64,000 nucleotides of DNA from Acidobacteriota bacterium. Lineage in GTDB: Bacteria; Acidobacteriota; UBA6911; RPQK01; JAJDTT01. A model generated the notes under the pieces. The model was not told the DNA's origin and made no database searches. It was given only the letters and a program-made list of their open reading frames with translations. Made by a program: the position numbers and the translations under genes. This document shows positions 39,608 to 48,405 of the stretch, piece after piece (positions within the stretch are counted from its first letter, which is position 1; every line of letters starts with the position of its first letter). Where the stretch lies: NCBI GenBank assembly GCA_965217775.1, contig CBDCJH010000002.1, positions 5,952,001 through 6,016,000 on the forward strand. The letters are read 5' to 3'.

Positions 39608-40300
39608 TCAGTCGTCCCGGCCTCCCAGAAGGCCGGCTCGCAGCAGGAAATAGAGCAACGTCATCAAGGTGGAGACGGCGGCGGCCACATAGGTCAGGGC
39701 GGCCGCGTTGAGCACGCGGTCCACGCCGCGCCGTTCCTGGGCCGTGACGATACCCTGTTCCACGGCCAGCTTCTTGGCCCGTGCCGACGCATCGAACTCC
39801 ACGGGAAGGGTCACGACCTGGAAGGCCAGGACGGCCGAAAAGAGGATCGCTCCCACCAGGACCATGTCCTGGCTGGCCATGAAAAGGCCCACGAGCATGA
39901 CGATGTATCCCACCGAGGACCCGATGTTGGCCGTCGGAACCAGGATCGACCTGAGCCAGAGCGGTCCGTAGCCCTCGGCGTGCTGGATGGCATGTCCGGC
40001 TTCGTGGCAGGCCACACCGATGGCGGCCACCGAAGAGGAGCGGTAGACGTTCTCGGACAGCGCCAGGGTCTTGTTCGTCGGGTTGTAATGGTCCGACAGC
40101 ATTCCCGCCGTCTGCACGATCTTCACGTCGCTGATGCCGGCGTAATTCAAGAGCTGGCGGGCCGCCTGGGCTCCGGTGAGGCCCCGCATGGACAGGACTT
40201 TGGAGTATTTGTTGAAAGCCGATTTGGTCTTGAAGCTGGCCCACAGGGAAAGACCCAGGGCCGGCAGAATCATCATCAAATAAAGCGGATCGAAAAACAT
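39608..40300 (-). CDS. Membrane neutral zinc metallopeptidase (YugP-like)
   Basis: LSDHYNP, HEAGHAIQH, TLPVEFDAS, AAALTYVAA. Confidence 0.92.
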   Translation of the reverse strand: MFFDPLYLMMILPALGLSLWASFKTKSAFNKYSKVLSMRGLTGAQAARQLLNYAGISDVKIVQTAGMLSDHYNPTNKTLALSENVYRSSSVAAIGVACHEAGHAIQHAEGYGPLWLRSILVPTANIGSSVGYIVMLVGLFMASQDMVLVGAILFSAVLAFQVVTLPVEFDASARAKKLAVEQGIVTAQERRGVDRVLNAAALTYVAAAVSTLMTLLYFLLRAGLLGGRDD

Positions 40301-40514
40301 GGACTCACCTCCATCGGGATGGATTGCCGGCGCCGCCAGCATCCGCTCCCGATACTATCCCGTATTTCCTGCGTCCAGTCCACCCGGACCGCGCCGAGTG
40401 GAAATCGCCTCCAGTGAACCGGACTCGGTTGCACGAAGCCCAGCCGGCATATGCAATCCGGCCGGTAAGATATTATACGATAGAGATCGAGAAACGGTTT
40501 CGTCAGAGGAGCTT

Positions 40515-42944
40515 ATGGACGACCATTCCGAGTCCGAATTCAAGGCGGGAGAAGTCCGGCAATCACCCGGGGAGGGCGTTGGCCGGGAGACCGGAGACGG
40601 TGAGGGACTGGTCTTGGTCTCGGAGCTCCTGCCCGAAGAGATCCCCATATTTCCGTTGGCGGTCCGTCCGTTCTTTCCCGGTCTTCCGGTCCCCATGGAA
40701 TTGAGCGGCGACCAGTTACCGCTCGTGGAGCACGCCGTCGAGTCCTCGAACAAAACCATGGGGCTGGTCCTGGTTCGCAACCCGGAAGCCGGTAGCTCTC
40801 CCGAGAATCTCCACCGCATGGGGGTAGCAGCGAAGATCGTCCAGGCGAGTCAGGCCGAGGACCACAACGCGGCCCATCTGGTGATGAACTGCATCGAGCG
40901 GTTCGAGATCCGGGAAGTCCGTTCGATTTCAGCCGGGATAGTGGCCCGGGTGGAGTACCATCCGGCCCCGGAGCTGTCGGTCAACCCGGAGCTCAAGGCC
41001 TACTCCATGGCCATCGTCTCCACGCTCAAGGAACTGATCAAGCTGAATCCTCTCCAGTCGGAGGCGATCCGCATGTTCCTGAGCCGCTCCACTCTGGACG
41101 ACCCGGGCCGGCTGTCCGACTTCTCCGCCAGTCTGACCACGGCCAGCGGCCCGGAACTGCAGAGGATTCTGGAGACCCTGGACGTCCGCCGGCGCATCGA
41201 CCGGGTCCTGGTCCTGCTGCGGAAGGAATTGGACCTGACTCGCCTCCAGAACAAGATCACCAAGCAGATCGAGAAGAAAATCTCCAGTCAGCAGAGGGAG
41301 TTCTTCCTGCGGGAGGAGTTGAAGGCCATCAAGAAGGAGCTGGGTCTGGAGAAGGAAGGGAAGGACACGGAAATCGAGAAGTTCCAGCGCCGGTTGCGCC
41401 GGCTGCGGCTGAACGAGGAGGCGGAGAAGGCCATCGAGGATGAGATCCGGAAGCTGCAGTTGCTGGAGGCCGCTTCTCCCGAGTATGCGTTGACCCGCAA
41501 CTATCTGGACTGGCTCACCATCCTCCCCTGGAGCCGGTTCAGCAAGGACTCGTACAACCTGAAGCGGGCCAGACGGGTCCTGAACCGGGATCACTACGGA
41601 CTGGAGGACGTCAAGGAGAGAATCCTGGAGTTCGTGGCCGTGGGCCGGATGAAGGGGGACATCACCGGCTCCATCATCTGTCTGGTCGGTCCGCCCGGGG
41701 TGGGGAAGACTTCCATCGGAAGGAGCATCGCCGCGGCGCTGAACCGGAAGTTCTACCGTTTCTCCCTGGGCGGGATGAGGGACGAGGCTGAGATCAAGGG
41801 GCACCGCCGGACCTACATCGGAGCCCTTCCGGGAAAGTTCATCCAGGCCATGAAGACGGCGGGAACCTCCAATCCGGTGATCATGCTCGACGAGATCGAC
41901 AAGGTGGGCACCTCCTTCCATGGCGACCCGGCGTCCGCCCTGCTGGAGGTCCTGGACCCGGAGCAGAACGAGGCCTTTCGGGACCACTACCTGGACGTGC
42001 CCTTCGATCTTTCCCACGTCCTGTTCGTGACCACAGCCAACCAGATCGACACCATTCCCGGTCCGCTCCTGGATCGAATGGAAGTGATTCGCCTTTCGGG
42101 CTACATCCTGGAGGAGAAGCTGGAGATCGCGCGACGTTTTCTGATTCCCAAGAACCTTGAGCATCACGGTCTCAAGAAGGGGCAGCTCAGGATCCACAAG
42201 CTGGCCCTGGCCCGAATCATCGACCACTATGCCCGGGAAGCCGGAGTACGCGGCCTGGAGAACCAGATCAAGAAGATCATGCGCCGGGCGGCCGTGACCC
42301 TCTCCGAGAATGGCGACGGACCCATCGTGGTCCTGAAGAGGAACGTGGAAACTTACCTGGGACATCCCGTCTACGAGGGGGACGAGATCTTCGACGTGGC
42401 GCCGGGCGTCGTGACGGGATTGGCGTGGACGAACCGGGGCGGGGCGACGCTACAGGTGGAGGCCAGCGCCGTCACCGCCAAGAACAAGGGGTTCAAACAG
42501 ACGGGTCAACTGGGAAACGTGATGGTGGAGAGTTCGGAGCTGGCCTACTCCTACGTGAGGGCCCACATGGCGGCGTTCGGAGGCGAGACCGGGTACTTCG
42601 ACCGTCACTTCATCCACCTCCACGTCCCCGCGGGCGCCACTCCCAAGGACGGTCCCTCCGCCGGAATCACCATGGCCACGGCGTTGATCTCCATGGCCAC
42701 GGGCAGGATGGTCCGGAAGGGCTTGGCCATGACGGGCGAGTTGACCCTGACGGGACGCGTGCTGCCCATCGGCGGAGTCAAGGAAAAGGTCATCGCCGCG
42801 CGCCGGGCCGGGTGCAAGACCCTCATCTTTCCCGAAGAGAACGAGAAGGGCTTCCGGGACCTTCCCGACTACCTGAAGAAGGGTCTGGAAGTGCACTTCG
42901 CCCGGGACTACGAAGACGTGTTCCGGATCGCGTTTCAGAACTGA
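40515..42944 (+). CDS. lon: ATP-dependent protease La (Lon)
   Basis: GPPGVGKT, HRRTYIGALPG, LDEIDK, PKDGPSAG, IGGVKEK; GAGGAG RBS before ATG 40515. Confidence 0.97.
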   Translation: MDDHSESEFKAGEVRQSPGEGVGRETGDGEGLVLVSELLPEEIPIFPLAVRPFFPGLPVPMELSGDQLPLVEHAVESSNKTMGLVLVRNPEAGSSPENLHRMGVAAKIVQASQAEDHNAAHLVMNCIERFEIREVRSISAGIVARVEYHPAPELSVNPELKAYSMAIVSTLKELIKLNPLQSEAIRMFLSRSTLDDPGRLSDFSASLTTASGPELQRILETLDVRRRIDRVLVLLRKELDLTRLQNKITKQIEKKISSQQREFFLREELKAIKKELGLEKEGKDTEIEKFQRRLRRLRLNEEAEKAIEDEIRKLQLLEAASPEYALTRNYLDWLTILPWSRFSKDSYNLKRARRVLNRDHYGLEDVKERILEFVAVGRMKGDITGSIICLVGPPGVGKTSIGRSIAAALNRKFYRFSLGGMRDEAEIKGHRRTYIGALPGKFIQAMKTAGTSNPVIMLDEIDKVGTSFHGDPASALLEVLDPEQNEAFRDHYLDVPFDLSHVLFVTTANQIDTIPGPLLDRMEVIRLSGYILEEKLEIARRFLIPKNLEHHGLKKGQLRIHKLALARIIDHYAREAGVRGLENQIKKIMRRAAVTLSENGDGPIVVLKRNVETYLGHPVYEGDEIFDVAPGVVTGLAWTNRGGATLQVEASAVTAKNKGFKQTGQLGNVMVESSELAYSYVRAHMAAFGGETGYFDRHFIHLHVPAGATPKDGPSAGITMATALISMATGRMVRKGLAMTGELTLTGRVLPIGGVKEKVIAARRAGCKTLIFPEENEKGFRDLPDYLKKGLEVHFARDYEDVFRIAFQN

Positions 42945-42979
42945 CCTTGGCGTCAAGCCACACTGGGGACTGTGGCCGG

Positions 42980-43209
42980 GTCACTTCGTACTCGATGAGG
43001 TTCTCCCGATCCTCGGCCTGCCGCAAAGCCTCGCGTGTCTCGGCGTTCGGAAAATTCACCGCGAAAGGAAGGTCATGGTGCGAGGTGACATGCTTGTAAA
43101 ACAAGGCGATCGCATCGGTCGGCGACAGCCCGAGCGTGGAAAAGACTTCCTCAGCCTCCTGCTTCAAGTCAGGTTCGACAAGAACGCGAATCATGCCGGT
43201 CTTGGCCAT
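42980..43209 (-). pseudogene. RelB/DinJ family antitoxin remnant, no cognate toxin
   Basis: IRVLVEPDLKQEAEEVFSTLGLSPTDAI...LPFAV..PNAETREALRQ; lacks own stop and reads on into lon antisense (stop at 42823). Confidence 0.75.
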
Positions 43210-43393
43210 GGAGTTTCTTCTTGTGTTCGAAAGCGTATCACAACCGGGGAGCAGGTCGGCGTTACTTTGACACGGGCTGTTAAGGATGAATGGAGAACGC
43301 CGGAACATACATCGGGTGGTTTCGACGTTCTTGCCGAGAGAGGTCTGTCAGCCAGTAGCGATGGTCGGGCCCGCGCGCGCCCCCGATCTCGTT

Positions 43394-44845
43394 CTAACGG
43401 AACCGGATCGAGTAAAGATCCGCGTCTTTCAACACGAACCGCAGTCTGACGGGCTTTCCGGCGATCCGTCTCAGGGGCTTGTCGGAAGTAGCGGCAGCCA
43501 GATCCCGTTCCCAGCGGACGACGTGCTCGATCTCGTCTCCCCAGATCAGGGGGGACTCCTCCAGGCCGAAGCTGGGGAGGACCTGGCCTTTGGCGTCCTG
43601 GATCTCCACGTGAATGCTTCCCGCCGCCGAGGTGGCGAAGTTCAGCACCAGGTTGGAGCCTTCGAAGACCAGAGGCTTGGTCACGAACTCACCGCCCCCA
43701 TGACCCGCGTGCATGGAGACGAAGCCGTCGGTGCGCAGCACCATCCGCTCCAGGTAGATGCTGGGGGCCTTGTAGTTGCGAAGCATGTAGAGGGAGAGTT
43801 CGTCGGGAGCGGTGGCCACCGTCCCTGCCGCCAGGAGATTGTTCCGGTTGAGCCAGTTCCTGGGGTCCCGGCCCGGACGGACGAATGCTTCCAGGAACCG
43901 GTGCCAGTGATAGCCGTCCCGGCTGGACATTAGCACCGCATCCGAAACACCCGACCGGGGAGAGTCGGGGTATTGATTGCGCCAGGGATGAAAACGCTTG
44001 GGAAAGCCCAGGAAGATATGGGGAGCCCGGATGTACGGGGCTGTGCCGTTGGTGTAGAGATGCTCCAGCGGCGCGTCCCCGAAATCGCCCCATTCTCCGG
44101 CGGTCCAGTTCAGAAAGTCGTCGGACTCGGCGATCTTGATGGTGCGGACGCCTTCGGTGAAGTCCCGGTAGATGGCCAGGTAGCGGCCCCGCACGTGATC
44201 CCAGACCGGGATGTTCAGGGAATCGAAGGCTCCATCGCTGATGACCGGCTCTTCCTGCATCTTCTCCCAGCGGAAACCGTCCGCCGATTTGAGGGCCAGC
44301 AGGGGTCCGCTGCACAGTGCCTTGAAGCGTTCCGATTCCGGCACTCCCGGTTTGGGGTCGAGCAAGGGAGCCAGGTTGTGAGTGCCCTTGCCGGTCCAGA
44401 CGATGTTGTTGTCCCGCGAACCGTTGAACTCGTAGATGCCGACGGAGGGGCGTTCCCAGCTAATTCCGTCGGAACTTACCAGGACACACGCGACCTCGGG
44501 ATGTTTCTGGATCACTTCCTCACGCGCCGCGAGCATCGAGGGAGGCGTCGCAGTGGGGTCGCTGCTGCCCCGGTAGTACATGAGATAGCGGTCGCCGTCC
44601 TGGAACACGGTGGTGTAGAAGCAGGTGTTCCCCTCCCACGGCTTGTTGAGCTCCAGAAATTTACCCGCCGAAACGGGAGCATGAAGGCGCTTCGTCACCC
44701 CTTGCGTCCGTTCGATCAGGAAGTCGTCGACGAACAGTTCCAGCCGGGAGCCCAACTGCAACGGTTCGTGGCCTTTCGCCTCCAGCGCCATCGATGCGGC
44801 GCCGATCAGGACCCACAGGGACAAGAGACTGAAGACTCGCGACAT
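43394..44845 (-). CDS. Secreted Asp-box beta-propeller protein, paralog of 14592-16061
   Basis: Shares LGSRLELFVDD, FDSLN, HLYTN, LRTDGFVS, DADLYSIRF with 14592-16061; AAGGAGG RBS. Confidence 0.78.
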   Translation of the reverse strand: MSRVFSLLSLWVLIGAASMALEAKGHEPLQLGSRLELFVDDFLIERTQGVTKRLHAPVSAGKFLELNKPWEGNTCFYTTVFQDGDRYLMYYRGSSDPTATPPSMLAAREEVIQKHPEVACVLVSSDGISWERPSVGIYEFNGSRDNNIVWTGKGTHNLAPLLDPKPGVPESERFKALCSGPLLALKSADGFRWEKMQEEPVISDGAFDSLNIPVWDHVRGRYLAIYRDFTEGVRTIKIAESDDFLNWTAGEWGDFGDAPLEHLYTNGTAPYIRAPHIFLGFPKRFHPWRNQYPDSPRSGVSDAVLMSSRDGYHWHRFLEAFVRPGRDPRNWLNRNNLLAAGTVATAPDELSLYMLRNYKAPSIYLERMVLRTDGFVSMHAGHGGGEFVTKPLVFEGSNLVLNFATSAAGSIHVEIQDAKGQVLPSFGLEESPLIWGDEIEHVVRWERDLAAATSDKPLRRIAGKPVRLRFVLKDADLYSIRFR

Positions 44846-44927
44846 GGGGCACCTCCTTCGTTCTGCCGGAGCATAGCAAAGGGCACGTTGCCGGTAAATG
44901 ACGGGTTCGATCAGCGGCGACTCCGGT

Positions 44928-45755
44928 TCAGCTCCGGTTTGGAGAATGCTGGTCCCGGCGCGTGGGAATGGGATTGGACTTCAGCTCCAGGGTCAGATCC
45001 ACCAGGCCCTGCACGGCCGCCTCCAGGAACTTCTCTCCCTTCTCCCGCGTGGCCAGCGTGGCGTCTCCCATGACGCCGCTGGCGGTGAGGGCGCTCCAGT
45101 AGGGCATCAGATTGGCCGAGGCGCTTCCTGCGATGCCGCCCGACAGCAGGTCGAACCGAAAGCTGGACGACATGGGGGAGCGTTCGTCGACGGCCTTCTC
45201 CATCTGCACCAGCTCGGGCTTGAGCGCCAGATAGAGGGAGGTCTCGAACTCACAGGCGTGGGAGGTTCCGCCGAAGTCGGACTCCCTGATTTTCTTGCCT
45301 ACTTCCTTGACCTTGCCCAGCCCCCAGTGATTCACCGACGCGCACAGAATGCGTCCTTCGTATTCCAGAATGGAGAGCCGGGCCGCCAGGTCCAGAGGCG
45401 AGGTGTTGGAGCCGTGCCCGTTGACGATGAGGATCCGCCGGAATCCGTGGTGGGCCAGACTGCAGCAGACGTTCTTCACATAGCGGATGAAAACGTCCCA
45501 ATCGATAGTCAGGGTCCCGTGAAAATCCATGTGGTGGGGGCTGTAGCCGTGCGTCACGGCGGGCGCCAGCACTGCCTCCTCGGGAATCCGGGCGACGGCG
45601 CGTTCGCAGATCTCGGTACAGAGTCGAACGTCCACGTCCACCGGGAGGTGGGGGCCATGGTCCTCATACGTCGCCACTGGCAGGACCGCCACGCGGTCGC
45701 AACGGGCCGCTTCCTTGATCTCATACCAGATCATCTCGGCAAACCGGTATTTCAT
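44928..45755 (-). CDS. Creatininase family amidohydrolase
   Basis: EDHGPHLP..D, SPHHMDF.GT, NGHGSN, HACEFETS. Confidence 0.92.
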   Translation of the reverse strand: MKYRFAEMIWYEIKEAARCDRVAVLPVATYEDHGPHLPVDVDVRLCTEICERAVARIPEEAVLAPAVTHGYSPHHMDFHGTLTIDWDVFIRYVKNVCCSLAHHGFRRILIVNGHGSNTSPLDLAARLSILEYEGRILCASVNHWGLGKVKEVGKKIRESDFGGTSHACEFETSLYLALKPELVQMEKAVDERSPMSSSFRFDLLSGGIAGSASANLMPYWSALTASGVMGDATLATREKGEKFLEAAVQGLVDLTLELKSNPIPTRRDQHSPNRS

Positions 45756-45877
45756 CTCTTCCTCCTTCTGGTTCAGCTGTCCGATGCCGGATTCCACCAT
45801 CCGATAGGACCCGGTATCAAGAGTCGAATCATCAACATCGTAGTAGACTGGGTCCGAAAGCAGACTGGAGGACCCCG

Positions 45878-46927
45878 ATGACCATCTCAAGCGCCCGTCT
45901 TCCGTTTTTCTCGTTGTTCCCCCTGGCTCTGTTCGGATGCACCTCAGAGGAGCAGGCACCGCGCACCGAGCCTGGAGTCGTCGAGGCCAGCGCTCCCAAA
46001 CCGGCTGCGGCCGCTGATGTCAAACTTCTACCCAACAAGAGCCGGACGGGACCCATCGTCTATAACAAGGTCGGCATCGTCACGATGGACGCCAAGCCCT
46101 GGGAATTGGAGTACAACTACGGGCGTCTCGAGTCGTACGTCCGGGAGGCCGCCCGCAGGGGAGCTGAAGTGGTGGTGGCGCCCGAGGCCGTCCTGGACGG
46201 CTACGTCTGCTATGCCGCGCCCGGCGTCACCCGGGAGAGGATGATGGAGGTGGCGCAGAGCCTGCCCGACGGGCCGTACATTGTGCGGGCTCGGCGGCTC
46301 TCCCGGGAGTTGGGAATCTACCTGGTATTCGGGTTCCTCGAACGGTCGGGGAAGGATCTGTTCAACAGCCTGGTCATGACCGATCCTCAAGGGGAGATCC
46401 TCGCCAAATACAGCAAGGTCCACGTGGGAGGCGAGTCCTACATCACTCCCGGCCGCGAGCTGAAACCGTTCGATACGCCGCTGGGACGGATCGGTTTCCT
46501 CATCTGCATGGACCGGACCGTTCCCGAGAACATACGGACCTTGGGTGTGCAGGGCGTCGAAACGGTCTTCCTTCCCATGGACGGAGGGGGCGGACCCGAA
46601 AATACCAAGAGGATGGCTCGCTACGCCGCCGAGAACGGCTGCTGGATCATCATCGCCAACACCTGGAGCGCAGCCATCATCAGTCCGCGCGGAGACGTGC
46701 GCCTGGAGAAGTACGAGAACGAAACGGTGAGCATCGGCCGGGTGACCCCATGGGAGGTCCCGCGGGGACTGGACCGAAGCACCATGGTCAAACGCCGTCC
46801 CGATCTGTACGGTCCTCTCCTGAAGTCCTACGAACCGGTCCGCTGGTACGATGACGAGGGCTACCCCACGGCCTGGGCCGAGGCCCAGAGGGCCAAGCAC
46901 CGGCAGGACATCAGCACCTCCAAGTAG
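45878..46927 (+). CDS. Carbon-nitrogen hydrolase (nitrilase family) lipoprotein
   Basis: LFGC lipobox; E-K-C triad in APEAV, YSKVH, LICMD. Confidence 0.85.
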   Translation: MTISSARLPFFSLFPLALFGCTSEEQAPRTEPGVVEASAPKPAAAADVKLLPNKSRTGPIVYNKVGIVTMDAKPWELEYNYGRLESYVREAARRGAEVVVAPEAVLDGYVCYAAPGVTRERMMEVAQSLPDGPYIVRARRLSRELGIYLVFGFLERSGKDLFNSLVMTDPQGEILAKYSKVHVGGESYITPGRELKPFDTPLGRIGFLICMDRTVPENIRTLGVQGVETVFLPMDGGGGPENTKRMARYAAENGCWIIIANTWSAAIISPRGDVRLEKYENETVSIGRVTPWEVPRGLDRSTMVKRRPDLYGPLLKSYEPVRWYDDEGYPTAWAEAQRAKHRQDISTSK

Positions 46928-46931
46928 GCCG

Positions 46932-48341
46932 GTGGCGACTCCGTCTGTGCGAGATCAAGGGGAATCCGGACCGGGCCTGCGCCGGGCCCTGGGGCCGGGC
47001 ATGGCTCTGGCCATCGTGGTGGGAAACGTCATCGGTTCGGGAATCTTCCTGAAGCCGGGGAGCATTGCCGCCGAAGCCGGGGACTTCCGCCTGATCCTGT
47101 CGGCCTGGCTGGTGGGCGGCGCCGTCTGTGTCCTGGGCGCACTCTGCTTCTCGGAGCTGGCCGCCATGCTGCCCCGCGCCGGGGGCCTCTACGCCTTTCT
47201 CAAGGAGGCCTACGGTAAACCCGCCGGCTTCCTCTTCAGTTGGAACGAGTTCCTCTTCAACCGGCCCGCCAGCATCGGAGCACTGTCGGTGGCTTTCGCT
47301 GGCGCTCTCGGCCTCTCGATGGGCCGGACCCTGACTCAACTGGAGACCATCGTCCTTGCCCTGGGCCTCATCCTGCTTCTGACCTGGGTCAACATCCGGG
47401 GCGTTCTCTGGGGGGGATGGGTGCAGGGCGGCACGACTTTGGTCAAGGCCTCCTTCCTGGGACTGGTGGCGCTGCTGCCGTTTCTCATGACCCCCATTAC
47501 CGAGACCGGGATCGACTGGGCCAATTACAGCTCCCGCGTGGAGCCCTCTGGAGAAATGGCTTCCGGCACCCGCTTCGGCCTGGTGCTGCTCTCGGTCATG
47601 TGGGCCTACAACGGCTGGCACGGAATCACGCCGGTGGCCGAGGAGGTGCGGAACCCGGAACGCAATCTCCCCAGGGCCATGTTCGGCGGCGTCGGTGTGC
47701 TGATCGTGCTCTATGTCTCCGCCAATATCGCCTATCACGGAGTACTCTCGATGGAAGAGATGGCTGCCGCGGGTCCCCACGCCGCCGAGACCATGGTGGC
47801 TGCCCTGCTGGGGCCGTTCGGCGCCGCGGCCATGGCGGCCGTCGTCATGTGCAGCACCTTCGGCGGGATCAACAGCAACCTTCTTCTCTCCACGCGGATC
47901 CCGTTCGCCCTGGGCCGGGACCGCCTCCTGGCACCCGTATTGGGAAAGGTCCACGCCGCCTACCGCACTCCCTTCGTCGCCATCATCGTGCAGGCCGTCA
48001 TGGCGGCTCTCCTGGTGGTCGTCTCCGGGCTGCTCATCGAATTTCTGGGCTGGTCGGGAGAAAAGACCATCTTCCAGATCCTCACCGACTTCATCATCTT
48101 CGCCAACAGCATCTTCTACGTCCTGGCCGCGGCCGCTCTGTTCATCCTCCGCCGCAAACGGCCCGGCTGGAAACGGCCCTATCGGACCTGGGGATACCCC
48201 GTGGTGCCGGTGCTCTATCTCGGCTTCTACTTCTGGTTCCTGACGCAGGTGTATCTGGGAAAGCCGTTCGAGGCCAGTGCGGGAGTCGTCCTCATCAGCA
48301 CCGGCATTCCGGTCTACTGGATCCTGCGCCGGGGCCACTGA
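46932..48341 (+). CDS. APC family amino acid permease (start uncertain)
   Basis: VIGSGIF, ELAAMLPRAGG, WAYNGW, EEVRNPERNLP, RPYRTWGYP. Confidence 0.92.
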   Translation: MATPSVRDQGESGPGLRRALGPGMALAIVVGNVIGSGIFLKPGSIAAEAGDFRLILSAWLVGGAVCVLGALCFSELAAMLPRAGGLYAFLKEAYGKPAGFLFSWNEFLFNRPASIGALSVAFAGALGLSMGRTLTQLETIVLALGLILLLTWVNIRGVLWGGWVQGGTTLVKASFLGLVALLPFLMTPITETGIDWANYSSRVEPSGEMASGTRFGLVLLSVMWAYNGWHGITPVAEEVRNPERNLPRAMFGGVGVLIVLYVSANIAYHGVLSMEEMAAAGPHAAETMVAALLGPFGAAAMAAVVMCSTFGGINSNLLLSTRIPFALGRDRLLAPVLGKVHAAYRTPFVAIIVQAVMAALLVVVSGLLIEFLGWSGEKTIFQILTDFIIFANSIFYVLAAAALFILRRKRPGWKRPYRTWGYPVVPVLYLGFYFWFLTQVYLGKPFEASAGVVLISTGIPVYWILRRGH

Positions 48342-48405
48342 AGCGGGAAAGGCGTGCAAGGAGCGGGGACCGGAGTCACCTCAATACAACTAACGATTTT
48401 CTTTT

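Noticed and set aside
48342-48405. Integron attC or att-site at island borders (caactaac; gattttc/gaaaatc 7-bp inverted match with 55880)
   Set aside because: No paired R/L boxes, no integrase, matches too short to be significant
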